A stretch of DNA of 64,000 nucleotides from Piromyces finnis finn (GCA_002104945.1 MCFH01000022.1:124001-188000); one strand, 5' to 3'; positions 46,884-59,873 are shown, counted from the first letter of the stretch. Numbers and translations: made by a program. The notes: a model not told the origin generated them from the letters alone.

Positions 46884-49800
46884 ATGGATAACTCTGCTGA
46901 TTTGAAGAACGGTTTTGATGGCAACCGTCGCTACCTGAAGGGATTCTTAGCCAAAATGGACATGATCTTTATGATCCATCCTAAAATAGGAAGGGACGAT
47001 GGAGAAAAGGTCTTCTACGTCGTTAGTCGCCTCTACGGGGATGCAATGAATTGGGCTGCTACCTTGATTAACAACCATGATCCTTGCTTACAGGATTATG
47101 GCGCCTTTGTTGGAAAGCTGAAGGCTGCTTTTGGTTTTCAGGATATGGTCTATACTGCCAACCAAAAGCTCAAGAAGATCAAACAACATGGCCTATCCAA
47201 TACTCAAGAGTATATCAAGGAATTTAACTACTATGCTGATGAATCCACTTGGAATGAACAAGCCAAGATGGATGCTTTTGTTGATGGGTTGGACGATAGA
47301 ATCGCCACCCATATCCTTCAGATGTTTCCTGGCCCTTCTACCTTGATAAACTTACAAACAATAGCCAGTCGTATAGGAAGTAGATTGGCATGCCACCAAG
47401 AGGAAATAAACAGAAGATCCAATAGAAGTTTCCGTTCTAAACAAAGCTTCCAATCCCGCTCCTCAGAAAGATCTACAAGTAAATCCACTCAGCCCAAGAA
47501 GGAAAATAATTTTGGCCCCATTTCAAGTGAAGAACGTAGCCGCCGAATGAAAGAGAATCTCTGCTTATATTGTGGTAAACCTGGTCACCGATTATCTGAA
47601 TGCCCTATTAGAACCAAAAAGGAAAACCATACTAATAATGCTGGGGTCCATGTTTTGAATGAACAAGAAAAATCCACTCGACTTTCGGATAACTCCTCTT
47701 TACCTCAAACGGTTATCGATGTTGATGTTGTTCTTCCATACAAATCTGTCGGAACTAAAGTTCTCTTAGATAGTGGTTCACAATTCTGTTTGATAGACCA
47801 CGCCTTTGTTAAGGCCCATGAGATCCCTATAATTACCAAAGTAAAATGCCCACAAATTATAGGTATCGGAGGTCACCAAAAGATTATCGGCCAGACTTGG
47901 CCTATAACTGTGGAACACATGAATCACTCATGCCAGTTACAATTTTACGTCGTAGAATTGCCTTCTTACTGTTGTATTCTTGGCTCTGATTGGCTAGCCC
48001 TTCACAATCCGACAATCAATTTTGCTAGTAAGGACGTTTCCTATCATTCTGAATACTGTAAGGAAAATTGCTTAAGGAAAGTATCTGCTAGCTCTACCAC
48101 TTCTGAACTCGAAGACCAATCGAAGGACGAAATGTCAGTTGGAAATACACCTGAATACCCTTTCAATGTATTCACTTGTTTAGAAGAACCTGAAGTTGAG
48201 TCACCCCAAATTCCAATCCACTACTCTCAACACTCCAAAGTGTTCGAGGAAAGGCTCGCTGATAAACTCCCTCCTCATCGTCCGTACGACTGTGAGATCA
48301 ACCTGAGACCAAATAGCAACTTGTTTTATGGTCCAATCTACCGACTTACTGAGAAAGAATCAAAGGTATTAGAAGAAACCATTAATGAAAATTTAAAAAA
48401 GGGGTTTATCCGCAAATCCAAATCGCCAGCTGGTGCTCCCGTTCTGTTTGTCCCGAAGAAGAGTGGAGAACTTCGTATGTGTATCGACTACCGCCGCTTG
48501 AACGAAATCACCATTAGGAACTCGTACCCTCTCCCATTGATCCAAGACATGTTGGATCATCTAGGAAAAGCTAAGGTGTTCTCGAAGCTAGATCTTCGAT
48601 CCGCCTATAACTTGGTAAGAATCAAAGAAGGCGATGAATATAAGACCGCCTTCACCTGTCAATTTGGCCATTTCGAATATCTGGTAATGCCTTTCGGTCT
48701 CAAGAACGCTCCTGCAGTCTTCCAACATTTTATTAACGACGTTCTTGAAGGCATTATCGGTAAATTCGTCTTTTCGTATATTGACGATATTATCATTTTC
48801 TCTGATAATATAGCCGAACATCATGAACACGTCAATGAAGTCCTTCGTAGACTCGAAGAAGCCGGATTGTACGCTAAACTTGAAAAATGTCTATTCGACT
48901 CTCCTTGTCTTGACTTCCTTGGTCATAGAATCTCTGCCTCTGGTATCGGAATGGATCCTAATAAGGTGAAAGCCATTGCGGAATGGCCGACTCCTAAATC
49001 GGTCCATGAACTACAATCTTTCCTAGGCTTAGCCAACTATTATCGTAGATTTATTCCTGGCTTTGCTAAGATTGCTCACCCACTCCACCAACTTTGCAAG
49101 AAGAACACCGCCTTCGTTTGGAACGATACCGCTCAAGATGCTTTTGATGCTTTGGTTAAGCATTTTATTAGTCAGCCTATCCTTGCATATCCTGATGTTG
49201 ACCTACCTTTCGTTGTCGAAACCGATGCAAGTAACTTCGCCATAGGTGCTGTATTGTCTCAAGTCAACAAGTCCTACAATATTCTTCACCCTGTTGCGTT
49301 CTTTTCTAGATCCCTTACAAACCCGGAGAAGAACTACCCTATCTATGATAAAGAACTTTTGGCTATCGTCGCGTCCTTAGAAGTGTGGAGACATTTTTTG
49401 AAAGGTGCGAATCATCCTTTCAAAATTATATCAGACCACAGAAACCTCCTTTTTCAGAAGAAACCGGAGAAGATGACTCAGAGATTAATTAGATGGTCCC
49501 TTTTCCTTGCTGAATTCGATTTTGTCATTGAATATCGCCCTGGTTCCTCGAACGGGAAAACCGATGCCTTGTCAAGAAGACCTGACTATCTTGATCACTC
49601 TTGCAATTCCGATTCTAATAACTCTGTCTTTCGTCCCGAAAATTTCAGCTCCTGCTTTGCTTCATCCACTCCTTCTCTTCTTGAAAAAATTGCTCTCTCT
49701 TGTAAACTTGACAAATTCTTCATTGAGACTTCTAATCAACTTCTCAAAGATAATTGTTCTTCTGACTACAAATTTAGTAACAACGTCCTCCTTTTCCAAG

Positions 49801-51080
49801 ATAAAATCTATGTTCCTAATGATTGCCGAGTTGAAATTCTGTCTTCTTGTCATGACTCCCCTGCTGACGGCCATTTTGGTATTTCAAAAACTTTATCCTT
49901 GATTTCCCGTAACTACTGGTGGCCCAAAATGTATCAGGATGTTAAGGACTATGTCCGTTCTTGTGAGGTCTGCTGTCGTTCGAAATCCTCTAGACATAAA
50001 CCTTACGGGTTATTATCCACTCTTCCTTTAGGTGAACGTCCCTGGTCTTCCATTGCTATGGATTTTATCACTGACCTCCCCTCTTCTCGTGGATTTACCT
50101 GTATCTTCGTTGTCATTGATCGATTGACAAAAATGGCTCACTTTATCCTTCTTGAAAAAGTTCCCACTGCTGAACGTGCTGCCGAAGCTTTCATTAACAA
50201 CGTCTTCAAACTTCATGGATGCCCCTCCGACATTATTCTCGACCAAGGTTCTCAGTTCACTTCAAAGTTTTGGAAGAAATTCTTTGCTACCCTCAAGATT
50301 GATTTGAAATACTCTTCTGCTTATCACCACCAATCCAATGGCCAGACGGAGAGAGTGAACTCCGTTGTAGAACAATATCTACGCTGCTTCTCAAATTACA
50401 AAGGCACTAACTGGATCGAATACTTAAGCCTAGCTGAATTTAGTTACAATAATTCAGTTCAAGAATCTGCAAAACAAACACCCTTCTTCTTGAACTATGA
50501 TTTCCATCCTAATTTTAATCCAACAATTCCAACAACAAGTGAAGTTCCAAGAGCTGAAGAATACACAAAAGAACTAAAAGAAATTATCAGCACCCTCAAG
50601 AAAAACCTTTCGGAAGCCCAAAAGAAACAAGAACATTTCGCCAATAGACATAGACAACCAGGCCCGTCATTCAAACCAGGAGAAAAGGTATGGTTAATCA
50701 ATAATAATTTAGTTAAGGGAAATAAAAAATTCACCCCTCGGAAACTCGGTCCCTATGAAATTGAACAACAAATATCAGAAGTCTCATTCAAATTGAAACT
50801 CCCTGGTAACATGAAGATTGATCCGGTATTCCATAAATCATCTCTCGAACCTTACTTCGAAGGGAAAAGTACAAACCGAAAAGTTCAACCTCCACCACCT
50901 GTCATTATAAACGAAGAGGAGGAATACGAAGTAGAAGAAATTCTGGACAAAAGAAGACGCTATAACAAAACTCAGTACTTGATCAAATGGAAAGGATATC
51001 CTATTTCAGAAGCCTCATGGGAACCCGAAGGAAATCTGAACTGTCCAGCAAAGCTAAGAGAATTCAACAAGACCCATTAA
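46884..51080 (+). CDS. gag-pol: Gag-Pol polyprotein of D (1398 aa) with a canonical chromodomain
   Basis: CLYCGKPGHRLSEC, LLDSGS, YIDD, RNase H, integrase, GPY, then YEVEEILD...YLIKWKGY...SWEP. Confidence 0.97.
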   Translation: MDNSADLKNGFDGNRRYLKGFLAKMDMIFMIHPKIGRDDGEKVFYVVSRLYGDAMNWAATLINNHDPCLQDYGAFVGKLKAAFGFQDMVYTANQKLKKIKQHGLSNTQEYIKEFNYYADESTWNEQAKMDAFVDGLDDRIATHILQMFPGPSTLINLQTIASRIGSRLACHQEEINRRSNRSFRSKQSFQSRSSERSTSKSTQPKKENNFGPISSEERSRRMKENLCLYCGKPGHRLSECPIRTKKENHTNNAGVHVLNEQEKSTRLSDNSSLPQTVIDVDVVLPYKSVGTKVLLDSGSQFCLIDHAFVKAHEIPIITKVKCPQIIGIGGHQKIIGQTWPITVEHMNHSCQLQFYVVELPSYCCILGSDWLALHNPTINFASKDVSYHSEYCKENCLRKVSASSTTSELEDQSKDEMSVGNTPEYPFNVFTCLEEPEVESPQIPIHYSQHSKVFEERLADKLPPHRPYDCEINLRPNSNLFYGPIYRLTEKESKVLEETINENLKKGFIRKSKSPAGAPVLFVPKKSGELRMCIDYRRLNEITIRNSYPLPLIQDMLDHLGKAKVFSKLDLRSAYNLVRIKEGDEYKTAFTCQFGHFEYLVMPFGLKNAPAVFQHFINDVLEGIIGKFVFSYIDDIIIFSDNIAEHHEHVNEVLRRLEEAGLYAKLEKCLFDSPCLDFLGHRISASGIGMDPNKVKAIAEWPTPKSVHELQSFLGLANYYRRFIPGFAKIAHPLHQLCKKNTAFVWNDTAQDAFDALVKHFISQPILAYPDVDLPFVVETDASNFAIGAVLSQVNKSYNILHPVAFFSRSLTNPEKNYPIYDKELLAIVASLEVWRHFLKGANHPFKIISDHRNLLFQKKPEKMTQRLIRWSLFLAEFDFVIEYRPGSSNGKTDALSRRPDYLDHSCNSDSNNSVFRPENFSSCFASSTPSLLEKIALSCKLDKFFIETSNQLLKDNCSSDYKFSNNVLLFQDKIYVPNDCRVEILSSCHDSPADGHFGISKTLSLISRNYWWPKMYQDVKDYVRSCEVCCRSKSSRHKPYGLLSTLPLGERPWSSIAMDFITDLPSSRGFTCIFVVIDRLTKMAHFILLEKVPTAERAAEAFINNVFKLHGCPSDIILDQGSQFTSKFWKKFFATLKIDLKYSSAYHHQSNGQTERVNSVVEQYLRCFSNYKGTNWIEYLSLAEFSYNNSVQESAKQTPFFLNYDFHPNFNPTIPTTSEVPRAEEYTKELKEIISTLKKNLSEAQKKQEHFANRHRQPGPSFKPGEKVWLINNNLVKGNKKFTPRKLGPYEIEQQISEVSFKLKLPGNMKIDPVFHKSSLEPYFEGKSTNRKVQPPPPVIINEEEEYEVEEILDKRRRYNKTQYLIKWKGYPISEASWEPEGNLNCPAKLREFNKTH

Positions 51081-51834
51081 AAAAAAAAAAAAAAAATATT
51101 AGCTTATAAATTCGTCTGGAATCCGAATATAGAGGAGGAGCTTGTAATGAGGTATATCTAATGATAAGGGTTAGACTAGAAAATTATTAAGGTTAGATTA
51201 ATGAAAATTTCATAATTATATTTTTATAACCAATCATTAAGTAATTAATTCACTTATCAAATTGTATTAAAAAAAAATAATTTTCATGTATAAAAGAGAG
51301 ATTAAGAAAGATAAAATAGTTCTTTAGTGTTTTTATTAATAATTAATAAAAATTAGTTTTTTTGTTTCGTCTTTAGTTTGATAATACACTGACCTAGCGA
51401 GTTAGTCGTATTATAATAATAAATTTAATAAATAAACATTATTAAAAAAAATATATATATATATTTGATTACATTAGAGTGTGTGTGTTTATTATTATAA
51501 TATTTCGTTACAATTCTTTAAGTTTTTATATAAAAAGACCTCTTGAGTTTCATTTGAAAATCAAGAGTTATTATTATAAGAAATTATAATAAATAACATA
51601 AATAAATTGATACACTTTTAACATTAATAAAACATTCTTATAATAAAAAATATTTTAAACCCTAACACGAACGTTATTTACAGGCTCTTATAATAAACTC
51701 GATAAGTATATTTTTCTTTATTTTAATAAATAGTTTCCTTATCATTATCTCATTTTAACAATTAGTGTTAAAATGTAGCTAATAATTTTATTATGTGAAA
51801 TACTAATGCATATAATAAAATTATTACATAAATG

Positions 51835-52456
51835 TGATAAATAATAATTATAAATATATTATAAATTTGATATTAGTAGAAAATTTTATTATAAAAATAA
51901 TTATTAAATAATTTTATATAGTTTATTATAAAAATATAATTTACATAAAATCAAATATTTTATAAATTTATATATTTGATTGGGTTAAATTATAAAAATA
52001 ATTTTTAATATAAAGAATAATAATAATTTTTAGTAGAAAATAGGAAGACTTAGATTATTAATAATAAGTTAAATTTTAATAATAGTTAATATAATTAATT
52101 AGTGAATACATAATAATATTTAAAAGACAAAAATAAGTTTTTATATAATAAAAATTATTGTTAAAAAGAGCGTAAGAACAATAAATAAAAGAAAATATAA
52201 AAACGAAATTAAACTTGTCTAATTTGTAATTATTGTGTTAATAATAAATAATATTTTATAGAATAAATCTGGTGTTATTATTCTATATAAATATTATTAA
52301 AATAATAAAACTATTAAAACTATAAAATAACTTAAAATAAATTAATAAAACTAGTAGATATTGTTAAAGCTCGTACAATAGCTGTCGAGATAAAACAATA
52401 TAAGATAACAGAAGAAGTAGTTAAAAAGTTGTAATATAACTACCAATCCGTTATCA
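51835..52456. repeat. Solo LTR, family F (622 bp, uninterrupted)
   Basis: 4-bp TSD AATG. Confidence 0.85.
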
Positions 52457-52458
52457 AA

Positions 52459-52508
52459 TGTAATAAATAATTAAATTTATAAATAATTAAATTTATAAAT
52501 TATGAATT

Positions 52509-52539
<31 letters not shown>

Positions 52540-53043
52540 TTAAAACACAGATAGTTGAAAATTAAAATAATTAACTTGTATAAAATTATTAAATTAAAAA
52601 TTATAAATGTAAACTTTTTGTCTATTTAATTGTTTATTTATTTTTAAATTAAATAGTTTATATTTGTTTGTAATTATACTTTAAAATAATAATTTTGTAT
52701 AAATAGTGATAGAATTACTTTATTTTAAAATTGTTCCTAATAATCCAGTAAAATTAGATAATAATATTAAATTTTATTAAAATAATAGTTGTGATTATAT
52801 TTACATACATTCAAGATGTATTAAACCATAACATATATATATTTAATAATACAAGAGTTATTAAATATTAAAACTTTATAATTAAATAAAATAATTTTAT
52901 ATTTTAAACTAACAAAGACTTGCAAATGAACAAGTATAAAAATCATTTATTTTATTTTATTTTTTTTATTTTTTTTTTAGATACAAATATTATCACTTTC
53001 TATATTCATTTATAAAATTAAGATAATATTTTTCTTCGTATCA
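52459..53043. repeat. Solo LTR-like element, family P
   Basis: Matches 7901-8486. Confidence 0.7.
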
Positions 53044-53047
53044 CAAT

Positions 53048-53951
53048 TGATATAATTTGATAATAATCTTAATTTTGAATTTTACTTCAAAAAGTGATTA
53101 TTATATTATATCTTTTGTTATAACTATATAAGTTATATTGATTAAGATTTAAAATCGTTTTTATAAAAATTAATAAAATTGTTTTGTTAAAACACTAAAT
53201 TGTTTTATTAAAAACACTTGTTTTTCTAATATTTAAATATTTAAAATTTTTATTTATTTAAGTATAAAAGTGATTATTAAAATTATAAAATATTAATCTA
53301 ACTATATAATATTTCTTTATTAATAATAATAATAATGATTAAAATAAGAATATTTACATGTATTTATATTTTCTTTTTAAGTTTAAACTATTTACATTAA
53401 AATAATAAAATTAATAACTATTTACAATAAAAGTAATTAAAAGTAATTAAAAATAACAATAAAAGAAACAATTAAAAGTTAAAGAATATAAAAAGTTGTT
53501 TATTTTACAATTAATTAAAGTAATAACTATTTTTAATATTTTAATAAAAGTGTATAATTATATTATTTTATAACATGAATTATTATATTTGTTTACTTTT
53601 AAAGTGTAATTTACTAACGAAGTTATTAAATATTTAATTTAACAATTAATTTAACAAGAGTTATATATTTTGATCTCGATTAATTAAAGTTTATTATTTT
53701 CTTTCAATAATCAAAACATATGCAGTGTTTAGGATTAATTTTATTTAAGAATTTTGGTAAAGTACTTAATTAAACTATAACTTGTTTTAAGTTACTTTTA
53801 GGGTTAACTTAAAAATCAGGTATAATAATAATTTTATATTTATTAATTTCATTATTTATCAGTTTCTCGGCCTTTTAAGAATTAACTTCGTCCCTTGAAG
53901 TTAAATTTTGTTCTGGTAGAACGTAAGGAAAAATATTTTTAATATGTACAT
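53048..53951 (-). mobile_element. 3' LTR (family H) with PPT and the last ~90 bp of internal sequence from a Q-type element
   Basis: Reverse complement of ~56257-57155. Confidence 0.85.
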
Positions 53952-54192
53952 TTAAAGTTATTATGAATATTTAAAATATTTGAAATATTTAAATTTAATT
54001 AGGATTCTTTTGTTCCTTAAATTTAAATATTTATCTTTATTTAATTTTGACGGAATTATTATAAAATAATTTATTATTAAATTATTCCATTGAATATTAA
54101 AAACTTCATAGTTAATTTTAATAAATATTAATTTATTATTTAATAATTAATAGTTAATTATTAAATAATCTAAAGATATATTATATCTTTAC

Positions 54193-56331
54193 ACTAATGC
54201 TCCCGCTACTTTCCAGCGAGAAATGAATAGGATTCTCTTACCATTAATTGGTAAATGTCTTTTTGTTTACATTGATGATATTGTTGTTTATTCTAAATCA
54301 CCAGAAGAACATCTTTATCATTTACAACAAGTTTTTGAAATATTATCTAAATATAATCTTTCTCTTAATTTACAAAAATGTAAATTCTTTCAAGAAAAGG
54401 TAGAAGTACTAGGACATGTACTTACACCTAACGGATTAAAAACTGTTCCTTCTAAAGTTCAAAGTATTGCTTTATGGAATGCTCCAAGAAATGTTAATGA
54501 ACTAAGATCATTTCTAGGTTTAGCTAGTTACTACCGCAAATTTATTCAAAATTTTTCTATTAGAACAAGCTCTCTTTTTAATTTATTAAAGAAAGACCAA
54601 GAATATATTTGGTCACAAGAATGTAATAATGCTTTTGAAGATATCCGACAATGTCTATTAAGTGATCCTATTTTAAGTTATCCTGATTTTAATAAAGAAT
54701 TTATTATTCGTACTGATGCATCAACTAATGGCATTGGTGCTTTACTCTTACAGGTGGAGGGGGACAAATTGGAACATCCAATTTGTTGTATTAGTCGTAC
54801 TTTATCTACTTCAGAAAAGAATTATTCTGTTACTGACCTTGAAGGATTAGCTATTTATTATGCAATTCTACAATTTCGCCAATATATCATAAGTAATAAA
54901 AATCCTACCATATTAATTACTGATCATAAACCATTACTGGGATTTTATAAAAAGAATATTCCATCAAAAGGTAGACATGCAAGATGGATTGAAGAATTTA
55001 ATAAATATAAAATTGAATTAAAATATGATAAAGGAAAGAAAAATGTTTTTGCTGATGCCCTTTCAAGATTACCTTCTAAAAATTCTGATGAAATAGTAAA
55101 TTGTGCTTATGCAATTTTGTTTGATTTTAATCCAAGAGATTTAGACCTACCTGAAGGAATAAAAAAATATTTTACTAAAAATTATCAAGTTGTTGATAAT
55201 ACTCTTTATTATAAAAAAGATGAATTATATCTTAAAGTTATTTACAAAGATGAAGATAAAAAAGATATTATTAGTCGTGCTCATTCTGTTGGTCATGAAG
55301 GTGCTGAAAAGACCACAAATAGAATTTTAAAGTCTTATTATTGGCCTGGTATTTAGAATGATGTTAGAATGTGGGTAAAGTCCTGTAGAAAATGTCAACT
55401 TTGTAGACCTAAGCCTTTACCTAAAAATACTGAAGATAATATAACCCCAATTGAACAACCATTTACTAGAGTCGGATTAGATATAGTTGGTCCATTACCA
55501 CTTACTAAACATGGAAATTCTTATATTATTACCCTTGTTGATTATTTCACTAAATGGGTTGAAGCTAAAGCAATTCCAAATATGAAATCAGAAGAAGTAA
55601 TAAAATTTTTAATAGAAGTAATAACAAGACATGGTCCACCAGAAATAATTGTTACTGATAATGGAAGTTCATTTATTTCTGATATTACTAAAATGATGAT
55701 TGATTTATATGGATCATGGGTTCATTTTGTTTCTCCTCATCACCCACAATCTAATGGTATGATTGAGAATAGAAACAAAGAAATAGGAAAAACTTTAAGA
55801 CTCTTAATTGAAAATGAATCTGAATGGGATGAATATCTACCATCTGCATTATGCTCACTTAGAACTACCAAAAATTCAAAAACAAAGTTTAGTAGTTTCG
55901 AATTATTATATGGTAGAAGAGACACATGGCCATTAGAAATAATGTTTCCTGATATTTATAAAGATCCTAATGAAACAGAAGAAGAATATATTTTTAGAAG
56001 ATTTTTAAGGCATCAAAATTGGGTAAAACAAGCTACTGAATATTCTAATCATGCTAATCAATATTGGGAACATAGAATAGGTTTATCCAAAGCTTTAAAG
56101 AAGACTTATAAACCGGGTGATTATGTTATTATAAGATTAATAGGAAGAAGTAAATTAAATCCTTATTTTTATGGTCCTTATAAAGTTGTTAATAAACAAA
56201 AATTTAATACTGTTGTACTTGAAGATCCACATACAGAAAAACTACTTGATAGAAATGTACATATTAAAAATATTTTTCCTTACGTTCTACCAGAACAAAA
56301 TTTAACTTCAAGGGACGAAGTTAATTCTTAA
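54193..56331 (+). pseudogene. pol: 5'-truncated pol of a non-chromodomain Ty3/Gypsy element Q, with an in-frame TAG at 55354-55356
   Basis: NAPATFQREM, YIDD, RNase H and integrase similar to C; the two ORF-track pieces share a frame. Confidence 0.9.
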
Positions 56332-56344
56332 AAGGCCGAGAAAC

Positions 56345-57155
56345 TGATATATAATGAAATTAATAAATATAAAATTATTATTAAACCTGATTTTTAAGTT
56401 AACCCTAAAAGTAACTTAAAATAAGTTATAGTTTAATTAAGTACTTTACCAAAATTCTAAAATAAAATTAATCCTAAACACTGCATATAGTTTGATTATT
56501 GAAAGAAAATAATAAACTTTAATTAATCGAGATCAAAATATATAACTTTTGTTAAATTAATTGTTAAATTAAATATTTAATAATTTCGTTAGTAAATTAC
56601 ACTTTAAAAGTAAACAAATATAATAATTCATGTTATAAAATAATATAATTAAACACCTTTATTAAAACATTAAAAATAATTATTACTTTAATTAATTGTA
56701 AAATAAACAACTTTTTATATTCTTTAACTTTTAATTATTTCTTTTATTGTTATTTCTAATTACTTTTATTACTTTTATTGTAAATAGTTATTAATTTTAT
56801 TGTTTTAATGTAAATAGTTTAAATTTAAAAGAAAATATAAATACATGTAAATATTCTCATTTTAATCATTATTATTATTATTAATAAAGAAATATTATAT
56901 AGTTAGATTAATATTTTATAATTTTAATAACCACTTTTATAATTAAATGAATAAACTTTAAATAATTAAATATTAGAAAAATGAGTGTTTCTAATAAAAC
57001 AATTTAGTGTTTTTAATAAAACAATTTTATTAATTATTATAAAAACAAATTTAAATTCTAATCCATATAACTTATATAGCTATAATCAAAGATATAATAT
57101 AATAATCACTTTTTGAAGTAAAATTCAAAATTAAGATTATTATCAAATTATATCA
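56345..57155 (+). repeat. 3' LTR of Q (family H)
   Basis: Follows the pol stop and the purine tract AAAAGGCCGAGAAAC. Confidence 0.9.
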
Positions 57156-57177
57156 AATAAACAGATTCGTTTCAATA

Positions 57178-57356
57178 ATAAGAGTTAATTTTCGAGTTTT
57201 AAGTGATTTATTTGTTAATTATAAAACATATTTTATTTTATTTTAAATTTATTGTTTCATCATAATAATATAGAATTTATTATTTATTAAAAACATTATA
57301 TTATTCTAAAATATATCAGTCAACGCATAATAAAATTTTGGTGGAGAATCCGGGCG
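57178..57356 (+). mobile_element. 3' end of an L-family 5' LTR plus a tRNA-Ala-type PBS (57339-57356)
   Basis: ...GTCAACGCATAA, 8-nt spacer, TGGTGGAGAATCCGGGCG. Confidence 0.85.
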
Positions 57357-57498
57357 TAACCAAAGATATGAAAAAGAATAATATTAATAATAATAATTGT
57401 AATGTTTTTATTAGATAAATAATAATATTATTAATTTATCAATAAAAACATTAAAATAAAAACACCTTTCAAAATAACGCAATACCTATACACTAAAT

Positions 57499-57594
57499 AC
57501 TACCCTCTTAGAATTCTACCCTCTTAGAACTCTACCCTCTTAGAACTATACTCTCTTGGAACTCTAACCTTTTGGAATTCTACCCTCTAGGAAA
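57499..57594. repeat. 16-bp tandem repeat x6 (TCTACCCTCTTAGAAY) in the leader after the PBS
   Basis: Read directly from the sequence. Confidence 0.85.
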
Positions 57595-57618
57595 TAATTT
57601 ATCTGTAAAATATTCTAT

Positions 57619-58643
57619 TGTAAAAGTTTTACTAAACTTATAATTTAATATTAGAATATTAAATTAAATAAAAGATTAAAGATAACTAGGTTAGAAAAAA
57701 TGTTTTATTAAAATAATCTTAATTGTTTTATAAATGAATAATTAAATTATGTATTATGGTTAAAATAATTTCTTTTTATTTTATTTAAAGAATATATATA
57801 ATAATAAGATTATTTAATAGCAATACTTATTAAGTATTAATAAGGTAATAATCTTTACAAAGATTTAATTCATAAAACTATTCTAAACTATTTATACTAT
57901 TAGTAATTTTACATTTAATAATAAAATAACTTTTTAATACATGATTATATTCATAATATATTTTATAATACTAAAACTAAACTTAAGACTTATTACTAAT
58001 TATTAAAAATAACTATTATTTATATATTTATAATATTGATTATTTCTTAATTATAATATAATTCATTGAATATAATATTAATAATTATAATCTTTTAATT
58101 CAAAGATTATAAGTTATGTTATTGAAATAATTATTATAAAATAAAGTTAATTAATTCCGGAAAATAATTTTAATTTAATTAAAACAATAATTTATATCCT
58201 TTTGGGTGAATGATTTATGTTCAATACATCAGGGGTGATCATTCTCTGAATAAACAATTAATCATTACTAACAAAATATCTTTAAATTGGAATATCTCGT
58301 GAACCAGCAGAGATATTGACCTGATTTTAAGATATGTTGTTTATCTCGAGCGTGGCTTTCTAACGAACCCACAATCTCCCAACCATTATTCAAAAATCGT
58401 CATTCCTTAAGGAGATACGCGTGTTTTTCTTTATTTAATTTTGATGATAAGGGTTAAAGTTATTTGTTATAAAAATATTAAGGGTTAAGGTCATATCTTA
58501 AACTTTTATAAATTTTTTAAATATTTCTTAATATAATTTTATAATTTATTTGAAAATAAAATATTATTGATTTTGAAATTTTATAAGTAATTTCACAATT
58601 TCAAGTGATCTTGAAATTGCAGATTCCACTAGTATTCGTGACA
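57619..58643 (-). repeat. B-family solo LTR (1025 bp)
   Basis: Full-length match to the B LTR; 5-bp TSD TCTAT. Confidence 0.92.
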
Positions 58644-59348
58644 TCTATACTACAGTTCAGGTTTGTATACACTAAATTAAACTAACACAGTGTAACGAAT
58701 TGTTACGGTTCGAGGAATTTAATTTTATTTATAAAATATTAATAAATTTATTAATACTCAAAAATAATATTAAAATGAAATAAGAAAAATTGTTTTATTA
58801 ATAAAATTGTTTTATTAAGATATTAATATAAAATTATAAAATAGAATAAAAATAAAAATAAAAATAAAAATAAAAATAAAAATAAAAATAAAAATATCTG
58901 TATCTTCTCTAATTCTTATAATATACACCTTTTTATACTTTTTGTAAAAAATTAAGTAGTGTTAATTAAAAGAATTAGTCTTTAATTATTTACATTAATT
59001 TTAGTATTTATGTAAAGAAATGTGTTCTTAACAATAAAAAATTTATAACAATTTACTAAAATAACTTAGTAAATATAAAACACTTTTATCTTACTGTTAA
59101 TTATTAATATTTAAAATTATTATTAAAAACACACAAATTTTAACTTAATAGGTTAGTGTTTAACAATAATTTATTAATTAATAAAAACTCAATTTTTTTT
59201 TAAATTTAGAAAAATCCACTCGTATTTATATAAAAATTTTTAAAATTAATCTAAAAGATTTTTTACAACTTAAATTTCTTAACCAATCAAAGAATTTCGA
59301 GTTGATAAAAAATCAAAATAAAAAAATTAAAATAAAAATAAAAAAAAA

Positions 59349-59419
59349 GTAATTTAGAAGTCTCGAACTCAAGACATTCGGACCAAAGTCTTAGTTACTA
59401 ACCACTAAGACAATTTCTT
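59349..59419 (-). pseudogene. Degenerate tRNA-like module (A/B-box-like motifs plus T-run) in repeat N
   Basis: TGTCTTAGTGGTTAG...GAGTTCGAGAC...T8; no intact cloverleaf. Confidence 0.45.
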
Positions 59420-59873
59420 TATTTCTATGATTCGCTGCAATTTAAATTACTTTTAAATGAATAATAAAATTACATTACTATTATAATAAATATTTATACA
59501 TATTATTAAATTGATTAACATACATTAAAAGTTTACTTTAAATATATTTAACTAAAGAATTTTACTACATTACAGAAATATTATTCATAATTTTAATTAA
59601 TAAAAATTCATTAACTTGATAAATTAAACTAAAAGTTCAATAAACTATAATTTTCAATATATTATTATTACTAAATTAATTTTTAAGTTTAATAAAATAA
59701 AATTTAAGTTCAATAAAAATAATTATTAATAATTTTAAATATAATTTAAGTGTATACATTAATTTACAAATAAGAATATTGTAAAGTTTTCATACATTTA
59801 GGAACAATAATGGATTAGGTCATAATCATTAATTATGACAAGAATAACATTATTCGTTGGTTCCTTAACAGAA

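Larger units (their letters stand above)
46444..51512 (+). mobile_element. Complete Ty3/Gypsy chromovirus element D
   Basis: LTRs 46444-46811 and 51143-51512 differ only in a TA run by eye; TSD ATTCT; PPT AGAGGAGGAG at 51131-51140. Confidence 0.98.
46128..51830 (+). repeat. J-family LTR (J5) split by element D; module at 46292-46429
   Basis: Parts at 46128-46443 and 51518-51830; conserved module on the plus strand. Confidence 0.7.

Noticed and set aside
821-50734. Short ORFs overlapping gag/pol regions in other frames or on the opposite strand (e.g. 821-1069, 3028-3231, 24134-24343, 49507-49902)
   Set aside because: Shadow ORFs of the long retroelement frames; no motifs, biased composition.
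55354-55356. Programmed stop read-through in Q pol
   Set aside because: The TAG lies within the integrase zinc-finger region of a 5'-truncated copy, where C has a sense codon; a simple nonsense mutation is more parsimonious.
4805-57594. CRISPR-like arrays (4805-4962, 57499-57594)
   Set aside because: Direct tandem units without unique spacers, eukaryotic context, no cas genes.
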